IMG/VR virus record: IMGVR_UViG_3300022936_000022 | Coordinates: 1-34,519 of that record | Strand: one strand, 5' to 3' | From: a virus | Lineage: Duplodnaviria; Caudoviricetes | Length of the DNA stretch: 34,519 nucleotides | Shown here: positions 8,272-17,741 of the stretch, one piece after another | How positions within the stretch are numbered: position 1 is the stretch's first letter | How the letters are laid out: each line of letters opens with the position of its first letter | Translations under genes and position numbers: made by a program | The notes under the pieces: generated by a model | Told to the model about the DNA's origin: nothing | What the model saw: the letters and a program-made list of their open reading frames with translations, nothing else | Databases searched by the model: none

Positions 8272-8284
8272 GAAGGAAATGAGC

Positions 8285-8974
8285 ATGGAAAACGATGTGC
8301 TAACTGGACAGCCCCGCGAACAAGAGAACGCGGACGTTGAACAGACGGTTGAAGGGCAAGAACTGGAAGGCGGGCAACCGCAAGAAGGTGAAGGCTCGGG
8401 CTCGCCAACGGAGTCCGGTACTACGCATGTTCCATTGAAGGCTTACGAAGAGGAAAGGAAAAAGCGACAGGACCACAAGGAGCGCGCCGACCGCGCTGAG
8501 GAACGCCTGCGGGTCTACGAAGAACAGCAGCGCGCAAATCAGCAAGGCCAGCAGCCCCAAGACCCTTTCGTGTCGATGCAACAACAGATCATCAATGAGC
8601 GTTTCAACACCTCGGAAATGATCGCACGCAGCAAATACCAAGACCTCGATGAGAAGTTGGAAGTATTCAAGGAGGCAGCGAAAGCCAATCCTGCGCTGGG
8701 TGCACAGATGATGCAGCAGACCAATCCTTACGACTTTGCCTACAAGGAAGCCGCACGCATTCAATTGCAACGTGAGCTTGGCGACGATCCGAATGCCTAT
8801 AAGGCCCGGCTAGAAGCTGAGATTCGTGAAAAAGTGATGGCAGAACTTGGGCAAGGTGGTACTCCGCAAGTAAAGCTCCCCGCGTCCCTAGGCGGCGCTC
8901 GGTCCAGTGCACCACGCGGCGCACCCGCGTACACCGGCCCGACGCCCTTTGATCAAGTTGTTAACACCCGATAG
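8285..8974 (+). CDS. Capsid scaffolding protein
   Basis: Acidic E/Q-rich N-terminus, VPL....EERKKRQ motif, coiled coil, P.SL C-terminus; directly before the major capsid gene. Confidence 0.85.
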   Translation: MENDVLTGQPREQENADVEQTVEGQELEGGQPQEGEGSGSPTESGTTHVPLKAYEEERKKRQDHKERADRAEERLRVYEEQQRANQQGQQPQDPFVSMQQQIINERFNTSEMIARSKYQDLDEKLEVFKEAAKANPALGAQMMQQTNPYDFAYKEAARIQLQRELGDDPNAYKARLEAEIREKVMAELGQGGTPQVKLPASLGGARSSAPRGAPAYTGPTPFDQVVNTR

Positions 8975-8983
8975 GAGCCAAAA

Positions 8984-10129
8984 ATGGCAGAAACTACCGC
9001 CCGCCCAGGGCTAACCCCCCAGCAATGGGACGACGAAGCTTTTAACGAGTGGGTCCGCGAGAATCGATTCAATGTCTACCAAGGCACTGACGAAAACGCG
9101 CTGATCCACATGAAGGAAGACCTGACCCGCAAGCCCGGCGATCGCGTCACCTTCGCTGCTGCCCGCGCAATCGGCGGCGGCGTCACGGGTAACACCGTGC
9201 TCGAAGGCAATGAGGCTGAGCTTGACCTGCGCTCGATGGCCGTGTCTGTGCGCCCGATTCGTAACGCAGTTGTCGTTACCGATTGGGATGAACAAAAGTC
9301 GGCTGTTTCGCTGCGCCGTCTGGCTCGTCCGAGCCTGATGAACTGGGCCAAGGAAAAATGGCGCGAAGACATTATCACGGCCCTCAAGTCCGTGCCGAAT
9401 GCCGCTGGTGTCATGGTGCCTTACGAGCAGGCTACCGCCGCTGAGCGTAACGCTTGGCTGGTTGCCAACTCCGACCGAGTTCAGTTCGGCTCTGCCGTCG
9501 CCAATGCATCGTCTGGCGTGATGGCAACCGCTCTGGCTACTGTGGACAACACCGCTGACAAGATGACGGGCGCAACCCTGTCGCTCGCCAAGCGTCGTGC
9601 ACAGATGGCCCGCCCGCGCTTCCGCCCGTACCGCGTCAAGGGTGGTGATCAGGAATGGTATGTGGTGTTCATGAACCCGCTGTCCTTCCGTGACTTCGCC
9701 AATGACCCGGTGGTGGTTCAAGCCAATCGCGATGCACGCGAACGCAACGTCAAGACCAACCCGCTGTTTACTGGCGGCGAACTGGTGTGGGACGGCATGA
9801 TCGTGCGCGAAATCCCGGAAATGGGCCTGCCCATCGCCGCGACCAGCGATTACATCGGCCAGACTGGCGGTATCCTGCAAGGTGTCGGCACCGCAGGCAT
9901 TGACGTTGGCTTCAACTTCATCTGTGGCGCTCAAGCCATCGGTGCAGCTTGGGCTCGCCGCTTGAAGTCTGTGGTTGACGAACGCGACTACGAGTTCCGT
10001 CATGGTCTGGGCGTCATGGAAATCCGTGGCGTTGAGAAACTGATGTTCGGCACTGGCGCGACCGATACCGCATCCCTGAAACAGAACGGTGTTTACACGC
10101 TGTTCACCGCTGCTGTCGCAGACGCCTAA
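8984..10129 (+). CDS. Major capsid protein (N4-gp56/DUF4043-like, HK97 fold)
   Basis: EDLTRKPGDRVTF, GVTGNTVLEGNE, NPLFTGG..WDGMIVRE, GAQA motifs; AGGAG RBS; strong codon bias. Confidence 0.93.
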   Translation: MAETTARPGLTPQQWDDEAFNEWVRENRFNVYQGTDENALIHMKEDLTRKPGDRVTFAAARAIGGGVTGNTVLEGNEAELDLRSMAVSVRPIRNAVVVTDWDEQKSAVSLRRLARPSLMNWAKEKWREDIITALKSVPNAAGVMVPYEQATAAERNAWLVANSDRVQFGSAVANASSGVMATALATVDNTADKMTGATLSLAKRRAQMARPRFRPYRVKGGDQEWYVVFMNPLSFRDFANDPVVVQANRDARERNVKTNPLFTGGELVWDGMIVREIPEMGLPIAATSDYIGQTGGILQGVGTAGIDVGFNFICGAQAIGAAWARRLKSVVDERDYEFRHGLGVMEIRGVEKLMFGTGATDTASLKQNGVYTLFTAAVADA

Positions 10130-10141
10130 GGAGTAATCAAC

Positions 10142-10561
10142 ATGGCAATCATCCAAGCCACCAAAACCTCCAGCGCTGCGCTCTACGCAATGGCTGGTGT
10201 TGGCGACGGTCAGTCGTCTAAAGTCACTGTGTCTCGCGTCATCACGACCGTTGCACCTCCGCTCAATGACGTAATCCAGTCCGCGCTGATCCAAGCCGGT
10301 TCCATGATTACGGATGTGACGGTGGTTCACTCCGGCCTTGGTGCATCGGGCGCGTTTGAAGTGGGCTACGGCGGCGACACGGACTATTTCGTGGTTGCTG
10401 CTGCACAGACCGCCGCAGGCGTTGTTCGTATGAGTGCAGGCACTGCTCAGCCCCTCATCCTGACGGAAAATGACACGGTGGATGTGCGTATCACTGGCCT
10501 CGGCGCTACTGCCGCAGTGACGCTGTCCATCATCGTCACATACGTCCCGCTGAATAACTAA
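10142..10561 (+). CDS. Putative capsid decoration/minor capsid protein
   Basis: Beta-rich 139-aa protein right after the MCP, AAGGAG RBS, followed by a terminator. Confidence 0.7.
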   Translation: MAIIQATKTSSAALYAMAGVGDGQSSKVTVSRVITTVAPPLNDVIQSALIQAGSMITDVTVVHSGLGASGAFEVGYGGDTDYFVVAAAQTAAGVVRMSAGTAQPLILTENDTVDVRITGLGATAAVTLSIIVTYVPLNN

Positions 10562-10567
10562 CAGGAA

Positions 10568-10593
10568 CGGGCGGGGGAAACCTCGCCCGATTT
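10568..10593 (+). terminator. Intrinsic terminator/attenuator after the capsid genes
   Basis: CGGGCGGGG-GAAA-CCTCGCCCG stem-loop then ATTT (short U tract). Confidence 0.7.
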
Positions 10594-10596
10594 ACC

Positions 10597-11145
10597 ATGA
10601 AAGCACGATTCATCGGAGTTCCGGGAGAGCAGCATCCCGGCCTGACCATGTATGGCACTTACTACCCGCTGAACAAGTGGATGCCAGTGACCGACAAGAC
10701 TGCCAAGACCAAATTGGGCAATCACCCTCATTTCGAGGCCGACGCCAAAGACGAAGACATTGAGGACGCCAAGATCAAGGGCGAACTCGAAGCCGCATTG
10801 TCGCCTGTCCTGCAAGCCGCAGAACAAGAGGCTGAGGCTCACCGGCAGGCTGAGACTGACCAAGCTGCGCGCAATGCAGAGAACGAACGCCTGCAAGACC
10901 AGATTCGCGAAGTCCAATCCATTGACACGGCAGAAGAATTCCAGCGCGTCACGCAGACCGCACCGGCTGTAGTTGCTGGCCCCGTAGAGGCTGATACTGC
11001 CCTGGAATTCCAGCAAGCCACCCAATACCCATCGGGAGCCGCATATGGCAACACTGAACGACTTGGCGATTCGGACGCTGGAGAAACTGCAAGTGCTGGG
11101 GCAGGACGAGCCCGCAAGCCCGGCAGACCTGCAAAAGGCAACTGA
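10597..11145 (+). CDS. Hypothetical virion-region protein with acidic body and basic RKPGRP tail
   Basis: N-terminal domain ending KLGNHPHFE, A/E/Q-rich middle, C-terminal RARKPGRPAK. Confidence 0.7.
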   Translation: MKARFIGVPGEQHPGLTMYGTYYPLNKWMPVTDKTAKTKLGNHPHFEADAKDEDIEDAKIKGELEAALSPVLQAAEQEAEAHRQAETDQAARNAENERLQDQIREVQSIDTAEEFQRVTQTAPAVVAGPVEADTALEFQQATQYPSGAAYGNTERLGDSDAGETASAGAGRARKPGRPAKGN

Positions 11146-11374
11146 AAAGGTTCAGTCGGTCCACGCGTTTCTGAAATCCAAGGGGATTTTGCGCTGGACC
11201 TACTCGAACATTCCAGACTTTGCCGAGGAACCTTACGTCTTGATGGCGGCATTCCTCGGTGCGCCTGATTTTCAGGTAGAGCGCGACCCGTCAGGCTGGG
11301 AAATTGGCTTGGCTTTGTTTTACACAGGCGTGAACATGCCAAAGGCTGGGCGCACGCAAGCGGAATACTTCTGA
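11045..11374 (+). CDS. Putative head-to-tail adaptor (P22 gp4-like position)
   Basis: MAT..DL..R.L.KL.VL..DE.....D helical pattern, ends in EYF; GGGAG RBS. Confidence 0.7.
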   Translation: MATLNDLAIRTLEKLQVLGQDEPASPADLQKATEKVQSVHAFLKSKGILRWTYSNIPDFAEEPYVLMAAFLGAPDFQVERDPSGWEIGLALFYTGVNMPKAGRTQAEYF

Positions 11375-13038
11375 TGGACATCATCGTCGCACTCAATGGA
11401 AGCCTAGAGCGGAATCTCACATTCGCTCCTGGCGACGACAACACGATTAACCTCGTGGTCTATGCCGTGGACGGCGATGACACGCCATTGACGGTAACTA
11501 ACCCGCAACTATCCACGGGCGGCGGAGGTCTATTCCCCATCGGGCAGGAATTCCAAGTCCGATGCCTTGGCCGCACGCCTTACCGTCTTGCTGTCGATAT
11601 TGACGGCGTAACGACTACCGTAGCCTTTGGGGTGATTGAATCATCCATCGGCTACGAGTATTTCTATAACTGCTGCTTCTGCTACAACGGCTGCATCTTC
11701 CCGCCCATCCTGCCGCGTGTTGGTTTTACCATCGCCACGGCTAACGGGTTCGCGGGTAAGTCAGATGATCAGATCATCCCCGAAGTCACGCTAAACACGA
11801 CTGTCGCCGGTCTGATTTACGGTGACGCGAATTCACTCTTGCCGGTCACTATCGGCGCAGGGCTGGAGTTCAAGGACGGCACGCTTAAGTCCATGACCGG
11901 CAGCGGCACAGTCACTAAGGTTTCTGTCGCCACGACCAACGGCTTTTCGGGAACTGTCGCCACGGACACGACGACTCCTGTTGTCACCCTGACAACCACG
12001 GTTAGCGGGCTGCTCAAAGGCTCGGGCGGCACGATGGCCGCTGCAACGAATGCCGATCTTCCGGCTATGTCATCGACGGTAGGCGGTGCTGTGCCGACCC
12101 CGCCTAACAACACGACCACGTTCCTTCGTGGCGATGGTATTTTTGCCGTGCCACCTGCATCTGGTGATGTGGTTGGTCCTGCGTCTGCCGTGAATAACCG
12201 GGTTGCATTCTTCGACGGAACCACCGGCAAGCTGATCAAGGATAGCGGCTTAACTCTGGCTGGCACGAACACGGGTGACCAAACGAACATCACGGGCAAC
12301 TCCGGGACCGCGACGAAGCTCCAGACCGCCCGCAACATCGACGGGCAGGCATTCGACGGAACGAACAACATCACCGTCATTGCGCCCGGCACCGTCGCCG
12401 CTACTGCCAAGACGACCCCTGTCGCTGCTGACGTTTTTCCGCTTGCTGACAGCGCAGCCTCAAATGTCCTGAAAAAGGTAACTTGGGCCAATATCGTCGC
12501 CACGATCCAAACGGCCCTTTCGACGGTCTTCATGGCATTTGTGTCGCCGGGAGCATCTGGCAACGTCCTGACCAGCACTGGAGCGGCGTGGGTTAGCTCT
12601 CCATCGGGGACGAACGTGGGCAATCACAATGTCAAAGTCACCACGGGGAACGGATACGGCTCGACAAACACCAAGATCCGCCGCTACACGACGACTGAAT
12701 CCAATGTAGGCACGGCCATTACCTATGCCGACTCCGCAACTCTCGGTGCTTCGTTCACCATCAACGAGGATGGACTGTATGCCGTTGGCATCTGGGATGG
12801 TGGCGCTGCTGACTACATCGGTGTTTCGGCGAACTCAGCTCAACTAACAACGAACGTTATCACGATCAACGCAGCAAATCGGGTTCTGATCGGTGCGGCA
12901 ACGACCAGCCTGACGGGCATTGCATCTACTGTTCTTCGATTGTCTGCCGGTGATGTGATCCGTCCCCACGATAACGGGACGATGACTTCGACCACGGTTT
13001 ATACAACTGGCTTCACCATTCGCAAGGTTGCGCTATGA
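11374..13038 (+). CDS. Fibre-like structural protein
   Basis: GTVTKV, GDVVGPASA..N..A.FDGTTGKLIKDS, GTNTGDQ, TATKLQTARNI.G..FDGT.NIT fibre modules; T/G/A/S-rich. Confidence 0.8.
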   Translation: MDIIVALNGSLERNLTFAPGDDNTINLVVYAVDGDDTPLTVTNPQLSTGGGGLFPIGQEFQVRCLGRTPYRLAVDIDGVTTTVAFGVIESSIGYEYFYNCCFCYNGCIFPPILPRVGFTIATANGFAGKSDDQIIPEVTLNTTVAGLIYGDANSLLPVTIGAGLEFKDGTLKSMTGSGTVTKVSVATTNGFSGTVATDTTTPVVTLTTTVSGLLKGSGGTMAAATNADLPAMSSTVGGAVPTPPNNTTTFLRGDGIFAVPPASGDVVGPASAVNNRVAFFDGTTGKLIKDSGLTLAGTNTGDQTNITGNSGTATKLQTARNIDGQAFDGTNNITVIAPGTVAATAKTTPVAADVFPLADSAASNVLKKVTWANIVATIQTALSTVFMAFVSPGASGNVLTSTGAAWVSSPSGTNVGNHNVKVTTGNGYGSTNTKIRRYTTTESNVGTAITYADSATLGASFTINEDGLYAVGIWDGGAADYIGVSANSAQLTTNVITINAANRVLIGAATTSLTGIASTVLRLSAGDVIRPHDNGTMTSTTVYTTGFTIRKVAL

Positions 13039-13472
13039 GCCTGCTACTCGTTGACACCCCTACTGGCATTCAAGCCCTGCTCAACGTCCATGTGTCGGGC
13101 GGATATTTCGACCCTGCCCGTGTTGTATGGGATGACCGCGCAGACGGCGCATTGCCAACAATCACGCTAGGCGGCATGGTTCGGGCTGCTGGGCCTGTTC
13201 TGAACTACAGCCAAGCCCGCATGAACATTCACCTCGCTGCGCTGGCTGCTGTGGCGACGGTGAGTGCCAAGCAGTTTCAGAGGGCATTGGAAAGCCTAGG
13301 ATACCTCTCGACTGCTCAGACTGCGATTGATGCCGGTACCACTGCCCAACAAATCGAATGGAACTCGCTGGACACGGTGCGCCGCGACTCCACACTGTTG
13401 GCGACACTGCTAGGCGGAGTTCTGACCAGCCCACAACTAGACGCCGTATTCACAGCGGCCAAGGGGTTCTAA
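13035..13472 (+). CDS. Putative fibre assembly/chaperone protein
   Basis: VS.KQF..AL ... IEW.....V.RDS ... QLDAVF..A pattern seen in genes downstream of fibres; ATGA coupling. Confidence 0.6.
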   Translation: MSLLLVDTPTGIQALLNVHVSGGYFDPARVVWDDRADGALPTITLGGMVRAAGPVLNYSQARMNIHLAALAAVATVSAKQFQRALESLGYLSTAQTAIDAGTTAQQIEWNSLDTVRRDSTLLATLLGGVLTSPQLDAVFTAAKGF

Positions 13473-13910
13473 ATGTCATGGTTCTGGACTCGTTTTCTGT
13501 TGAGCAACAACAATCCGCAGTCGGAAAAGATGCTGGCCCTGCCGGGCAGTGGTAGCACTGCATCACGCAACGACCATGCACACCCGCGTATCTCTAGTAC
13601 CACCGCCCATGTGCTTGGGGCGAACAATGAAGCTACAGTTGTTTTCACGCGGGAATTTGACGGCATTCCTGGTACTGATTTCATGTGGCAAGAGTTGGCC
13701 GACAACCCTCCGATCATCTTCAAGGTGAAAAGCTGGACGATCAATGGAAGCGGGAAATATACCGGCTGCGTCGTGAAAGCCTACCGCAGTCAGCCCATTC
13801 CTCAGAACCTTGTGTCTTTGTTGCTGGGCGGGGTGTTCAACATCTTCGCCGGTTCTGCTGTCGGCGTTAACTTCACTGCCATCGCTCTCCAACAATCGAC
13901 GACCCCATGA
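13473..13910 (+). CDS. Hypothetical structural protein with an SRxDHxHP fibre motif
   Basis: GSGSTASRNDHAHP; abuts both neighbours. Confidence 0.6.
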   Translation: MSWFWTRFLLSNNNPQSEKMLALPGSGSTASRNDHAHPRISSTTAHVLGANNEATVVFTREFDGIPGTDFMWQELADNPPIIFKVKSWTINGSGKYTGCVVKAYRSQPIPQNLVSLLLGGVFNIFAGSAVGVNFTAIALQQSTTP

Positions 13911-15304
13911 GAGTAGCGCCCGTCCCCCTATTTGGTCTTGGCAATTCCGGTAAGTCGGTGAATGTCAATGCACAAGAACGACTAAATCTTTACGCGGAAG
14001 TGAACGCAGACCCGGAAAAGAGCGGGATCACGCTGTTCCCGACGCCGGGCCTAGAAGTGTTCGTTGACCTCGGAGGCAATCCGATCCGTGGCCTTTGGGA
14101 GCTTCGCGGTTACATGTATGCAGTGTGCGGCCCGACCATGTACCGCATTGCCCCTGACGGCACGATGACGAATCACGGTTTGCTGCTGACCGCTTCCGGG
14201 CGAGTGTCCATCGCTGACAACGGCACGCAGATCATGATTGCCGACAACCCGAACGGCTATATTTTCAACGTCGATACGCTGGTTTTTGAGCAGATCACGG
14301 ACCCGGACTTTCCTGGCGCAGAGACCGTCACCTTCCAAAACCAGCTCTTCATCGTCAACCAGCCGGATACAGGTCGTTTCTATGTCTCCGACCTAGCCGA
14401 TGGTCTGTCGTGGGACGCGCTCAACTTTGCTACCGCTGAATCCAGCCCGGACAACCTCGTTGCAGTCATTGCCGACGCTGGGCAGCTCGTCTTGCTGGGA
14501 GACAAGACAACCGAGCTTTGGGGCGATTCTGGTTCGCTGGACTTCCCGTATGCCCGCATCGGATCGTCTGCCGTGGAATGGGGACTTGCCGCCCGCGATT
14601 CGCTGTGCAAGTTTGACGATTCCCTGATGTTTTTGCGCCAGAACCGGCTAGGCAAGGTGCAGGTTTGTCGCTTGGCGGGGTCGTCTGCAACGGTTGTATC
14701 CACGCCCGAAATCGACTTCAAGTTCGCCCGTTATGAGAACGTGGCCGACGCCACCGCATTTGCGTACATGCTGGACGGCCATCCCATGTATCAGATCAAC
14801 TTCACCACCGCTAATCGGTCTTGGTTGTATGACGGCAGGAATGGCGGCTGGTCACAAGTCGGCAGCAATGAGGAACGCCACCGCACAGACACGCACACGC
14901 AATTTAACGGGGACTTGTACGCCGGGAACTATACGAACGGCAAGGTCTACCGCGTAGACCCAGACCTGAACACTGATGACGGCGAGCAGATTGCCCGCGA
15001 ATGGACTGGACGCCATCAGAGTGCCGGGAGCTTTACGCAGTTCTCGGAACTGTGGATTGAAATGGAATCTGGTACCGGCCTGCAAGTCGGACAGGGTCAA
15101 ATGCCGCAAGTCATGATGCGCGTGAGCCGGGATGGTGGACACGAATGGGGCAACGAACTATGGCGAACCTTCGGAGCTATCGGCAGGTACAAGGCGCGGG
15201 CTACTTGGCTTAGGCTCGGCAGGTCGCGGGATTGGCTGTTTCGCTTCCGCGTGACCGACCCTGTGAAAACGGTATTTGTTGCTGCATGGGGAGTCTTTAA
15301 ATGA
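13907..15304 (+). CDS. Packaged-DNA stabilisation / tail hub protein (P22 gp10-like)
   Basis: NLY.E, TPGL, VSIADNGTQI, WDALNFATAESSPD, SRDGGHEW, W.RLGRSR motifs. Confidence 0.9.
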   Translation: MRVAPVPLFGLGNSGKSVNVNAQERLNLYAEVNADPEKSGITLFPTPGLEVFVDLGGNPIRGLWELRGYMYAVCGPTMYRIAPDGTMTNHGLLLTASGRVSIADNGTQIMIADNPNGYIFNVDTLVFEQITDPDFPGAETVTFQNQLFIVNQPDTGRFYVSDLADGLSWDALNFATAESSPDNLVAVIADAGQLVLLGDKTTELWGDSGSLDFPYARIGSSAVEWGLAARDSLCKFDDSLMFLRQNRLGKVQVCRLAGSSATVVSTPEIDFKFARYENVADATAFAYMLDGHPMYQINFTTANRSWLYDGRNGGWSQVGSNEERHRTDTHTQFNGDLYAGNYTNGKVYRVDPDLNTDDGEQIAREWTGRHQSAGSFTQFSELWIEMESGTGLQVGQGQMPQVMMRVSRDGGHEWGNELWRTFGAIGRYKARATWLRLGRSRDWLFRFRVTDPVKTVFVAAWGVFK

Positions 15305-15546
15305 GCCTGCCCGACAACTCCAAAGCAGTAGAGCCAACCGGCAAATTTACCCAGCCCTGGCTCAACTGGGCGTCTGACATTGATCGTTTTGTCACCGCTG
15401 CGAAACTATCAGGGCCAACCGCCAACAGGCCGACCGACTATCTCTATATCGGACGACCTTATTTCGACACTAGCCTAGGCTATCAAATCAACCTAAAATC
15501 GGTCATGCCAAACATCTGGGTCAATGCAATGGGTGCGCCCGTATGA
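15301..15546 (+). CDS. Small tail protein
   Basis: FT.PW..W N-terminus and GPTANRPT..YIG..YFDTSLG....WVNA.G module; follows the gp10-like gene. Confidence 0.65.
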   Translation: MSLPDNSKAVEPTGKFTQPWLNWASDIDRFVTAAKLSGPTANRPTDYLYIGRPYFDTSLGYQINLKSVMPNIWVNAMGAPV

Positions 15547-16055
15547 ACATCACATACGGCAAAGGCTTTTCAGCCTCTCGCATCGACCCTGACGCCCTGC
15601 TAGTGCGTGAGGGTGGGGAAGTGCGGTTTAACGTTCCTGACCGAACCCCTGCCGTGATTCGCCAGCGCATTCACCGCCTGACAGAACTGCTCTTGTCGCT
15701 GGACGACAAAACAGAATTCCCGGTGACGCATACATTGATCGACGGCATCTACACACGCCGTCTTTTTATCCCCAAAGGCTCCATCCTCGTCGGCAAGATT
15801 CATCTGAAAGAGTGCGTGAACATTCTTGCTGGTGAAATGTCGATCCTCACGGAAACAGGCTCAGGTCGATTTAGTTTCGGCCATGTCGCAGTCTCTGGGC
15901 CGGGGATTCAGAAAGTCGGCTATGCCCATGAGGACAGCTACTTTTTCAACGTCTTTCGCACTGACGAAACCGACATTGCGAAGATTGAGGCTGAGATTGC
16001 CTCCGAGACTTACCCCGCACTGGAGTGCAAGAAAGTAGAGGAACTATGTCTGTAG
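15543..16055 (+). CDS. Cupin-like hypothetical protein preceding the ejection genes
   Basis: H....GIY.R...IPKG..LVGKIH ... S.PG.QKVGYAHED ... ETD...IE.E pattern. Confidence 0.7.
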   Translation: MNITYGKGFSASRIDPDALLVREGGEVRFNVPDRTPAVIRQRIHRLTELLLSLDDKTEFPVTHTLIDGIYTRRLFIPKGSILVGKIHLKECVNILAGEMSILTETGSGRFSFGHVAVSGPGIQKVGYAHEDSYFFNVFRTDETDIAKIEAEIASETYPALECKKVEELCL

Positions 16056-17740
16056 CATTCGTGGGCGCGGCGGCTACGGTTGTCGGTTCGGCTATTAGCG
16101 CCAGTTCGGCCAGCAAAGCCGCCAAAGGCCAGCAAGAAGCCACCAATGCCGCCACGGCTGCACAAGCCGAAGCGGCGAAACAACAACTCGCCCTCCAGCG
16201 CGAGCAGTACGAAACCGCGCTTCGCCTGTCGCAACCCGGCATCCAAGCCGGTAATCTCGCCCGTAACAGCCTGCTCTACCAAATGGGCTTGACGCCTTAC
16301 GGAACGAGCCAACCCGCAACCTTGCAACAGCCCGGCACGAACACTGGCGCAGCCACGGGAACCGCCCCGACCGGCCAGCAAGCCTCTACGGTCAACCGTG
16401 ACGCTATCCGCCAGCAACTGCAAAGCCAATACACGCAGAGCACCCAAGGCCAGCAAGGCGGCACGATTCCGACCTATCAAGAGCGCCCGGACCTGTACAC
16501 GGCTTCCGGCTACGCAGGAGAAGGAGGTGTACAACCTACCTACATCGGCCCGCAAGGCGGCTCAACGACCACGACCAATACGCAAGGTCTGGACGCTGCT
16601 GTAGAGGCCGAATATCAGCGCCAAATGGCACGACAGAATGAGGTAGCCACGCAAGAGCAGGCGAATCTTGATGCTGAACGCGCCGCTGCTTTGCAACAGT
16701 CGCAAAACGACCCTGGCTACGGACAACTCAACCGCAACTTTGGCGCGGCTGATCTTGCGCAAGACAACCTCTACGAGAGTGATCTAGTCAACCAAGCGCG
16801 TGCCCGTGCTTCCAATGTCAACAACGACCCGTTCTATGAGCGCGGCCTAGTCGATGCTGCTCGTAGTCGGGCGTCTAGTGTTGACAATGACCCCTTCTAT
16901 CAACAGGCTCTCCCCGCGATCCAAGCCGCAGCGGCTCAGTCTGTCAGCGTCAACGATGACCCGCTTTATCAGCAGCTAAACCCTCTGCTACAGTCGGCAA
17001 TCTCGCGTGCGTCCAACTTCGAGACTTCGCCCGGTTACGCCTTCCGTCAAGCAGAAGGTCAGAAGGGCGTAGAAAACAGCGCGGCGGCTCGGGGTGGCCT
17101 GTACTCTGGCGCGGCCTTGAAGGCAATCGACCGCTTCAATCAGGACTACGCCAGCAACGAATATGGCAATTGGGTCAACCAGTCGGCCCAAGACCGTGCA
17201 TTCGTGCAAGGGGCTGGAAATGACGCATTCAACCGCCTGACCACAAACCGCAACTACGTCAGCGGACAATCTGACGCGGCTTATGGACGGATGAACACTG
17301 ACCGCAACTACGTAAGTGGGCAGAATGACGCAGCCTACGGTCGCGCAAACACTGATCGTCAGTACATTGCCAACCAGGGCGATGCGGCGTACAACCGTTT
17401 CAATACCAACAATACGAATGCGTTTAACCGTCTGTCTGCCATTGCCGGGACGGGTCAGACCGGAACCAACAACGTCATCACCGCAGGACAGAACTATGCG
17501 CAAGGTGCCGGTACTACTTATGGCAACTACGTTGCAGGACTCCAGACGAACAACGCCAACGCGCAAGGCGCGGCCACGATTGCAGGAGGCAATGCGATCA
17601 ACACCGGCATTAACAATGCCGTGCAGGGCTACCAGCAGAACCAATTCTTGCAAAGCATCCTGAACAAGAACACCAATACCGGCTCCTACGGTGCGCCGCT
17701 AAACAGTTTCTTCTTCGGCAACGGAACGAGCGGAGGCTAA
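16046..17740 (+). CDS. DNA ejection/transfer protein (P22 gp7-like) with internal repeats
   Basis: Hydrophobic Ala-rich N-terminus, SPGYAFR..EG.....NSAAARGGLYSGAALKA....QDYAS.EY motif; GAGGA RBS before ATG 16046. Confidence 0.85.
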   Translation: MSVAFVGAAATVVGSAISASSASKAAKGQQEATNAATAAQAEAAKQQLALQREQYETALRLSQPGIQAGNLARNSLLYQMGLTPYGTSQPATLQQPGTNTGAATGTAPTGQQASTVNRDAIRQQLQSQYTQSTQGQQGGTIPTYQERPDLYTASGYAGEGGVQPTYIGPQGGSTTTTNTQGLDAAVEAEYQRQMARQNEVATQEQANLDAERAAALQQSQNDPGYGQLNRNFGAADLAQDNLYESDLVNQARARASNVNNDPFYERGLVDAARSRASSVDNDPFYQQALPAIQAAAAQSVSVNDDPLYQQLNPLLQSAISRASNFETSPGYAFRQAEGQKGVENSAAARGGLYSGAALKAIDRFNQDYASNEYGNWVNQSAQDRAFVQGAGNDAFNRLTTNRNYVSGQSDAAYGRMNTDRNYVSGQNDAAYGRANTDRQYIANQGDAAYNRFNTNNTNAFNRLSAIAGTGQTGTNNVITAGQNYAQGAGTTYGNYVAGLQTNNANAQGAATIAGGNAINTGINNAVQGYQQNQFLQSILNKNTNTGSYGAPLNSFFFGNGTSGG

Positions 17741-17741
17741 A

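Noticed and set aside
9011-10330. 439-aa antisense ORF, and similar ones at 4972..5862 and 11817..12623
   Set aside because: Shadow ORFs opposite strongly codon-biased structural genes; no recognisable motifs.
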